DNA of 64,000 nucleotides from Octopus sinensis (Eukaryota). The DNA is taken from positions 8,308,001 to 8,372,000 of the forward strand of contig NC_043009.1 in assembly GCF_006345805.1 (NCBI RefSeq), given 5' to 3'. The notes under the pieces are model-generated. The model searched no databases. It saw only the letters and a list, made by a program, of their open reading frames with translations, and was not told the origin of the DNA. A program made the translations under genes and the position numbers. Shown piece after piece: positions 63,026-64,000 of this stretch (position 1 is its first letter; each line of letters opens with the position of its first letter).

Positions 63026-63428
63026 TGGCTGTGTGGTAAGTAGCTTGCTTATGAACCACATGGTTCCGGGTTCGGTCCCACTGCATGGCACCTTGGGCAA
63101 GTGTCTTCTACTATAGCCTCAGGCCAACCAAAGCCTTGTGAGTGGATTTGGTAGACAGAAACTGAAAGAAGCCTATTGTATATATGTATGTATATATATA
63201 TATATATGTATATATATGTATATATATGTGTGTCTGTGTTTGTCCCCCCAACATTGCTTGACAACTGATACTGGTGTGTTTATGTCCCCGTAACGTAGCA
63301 GTTCGGCAAAAGAGACTGATAGAATAAGTACTAGGCTTCCAAAGAATAAGTCCTGGGGTCAGTTTGTTTGACTAAAGGCGGTGCTCCAGCATGGCCACAG
63401 TCAAGTGACTGAAATGAGTAAAAGAGTA
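63026..63428 (+). mobile_element. Full-length SINE family A inserted into a family E repeat
   Basis: Colinear with other A copies. Family E sequence lies at 62985-63025 and resumes at ~63430-63615. Confidence 0.88.
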
Positions 63429-64000
63429 TACATTACAAAAAGAAGTAAGGATTTGTTGGATAATGTAGCTATATCCATACCCTGTGGCTGAAAATAAATA
63501 ATTAAAAAAAAAGAAAAGAAACAAGAAAAGAAAATGGTGGAATGGTCATAGCCAGGACATTTTTAATCATAGGTCTGTTCGGACAGAGCTGGCCTAGACT
63601 AAAACAACAACATAATTGGAAGAATATGAGCAGCACATAAGAAGAGCATAAACTCCTTGCTTTGAAAATGGTACTGAATATTTCCTTTTAGTTTTGGGCT
63701 GTATGGTTAAGAGGTTTGCTTCTCAACCATGTGGTTCTGGGTTCAGTCTCACTGTACGGCACCTTGGACATGTGTCTTCTACTAAAGCCTCAGGTCAAAC
63801 AAAGCCTTGTGAGTGCATTGAGCACGTGGAACTGGAAGAAACCTGTTGTGTTTTTGTGTCTGTTTGGCGATTCATCTGTTCCTCCTTTTCTTGGCATCAC
63901 ATGATAATTGTAAATGAGTGTCACCATCACAGAGAGTGGTGGTGTTCGTTTCCAGTCTTCTATTGAGATGGAGCATAGTAAGGATTGACAATAAGAAGGG

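Overview
AT-rich eukaryotic genomic DNA, almost entirely repeat-derived. It is most likely octopus (coleoid cephalopod) intronic or intergenic sequence, inferred from the tRNA-headed SINE families and the dense (AT)n/(CA)n/(AAT)n/(CAT)n microsatellites. There is no intact long protein-coding gene, rRNA, tRNA gene or CRISPR array. Supported content: (1) a ~6.9 kb decayed R4/Dong-type non-LTR retrotransposon flanked by (TAA)n, with a near full-length Hero-type non-LTR element nested in its RT domain; (2) four TIR/TA-bounded Tc1/mariner copies of different subfamilies and a Brinker-domain pogo remnant; (3) three hAT-type MITEs with 8-bp TSDs and one TA-flanked MITE; (4) RTE and CR1/L2-like LINE fragments; (5) dozens of SINE-like copies from at least five families; (6) a 710-bp fold-back element and several smaller local inverted duplications; (7) two unusual minisatellites and a decayed minimal hammerhead motif. 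A few short segments with good splice signals may be host-gene exons, but I could not chain them into a gene model or name a product. Most entries in the ORF track are microsatellite or antisense artefacts. Family names come from motif recognition, not database searches. Ends without a TIR or TSD are approximate.
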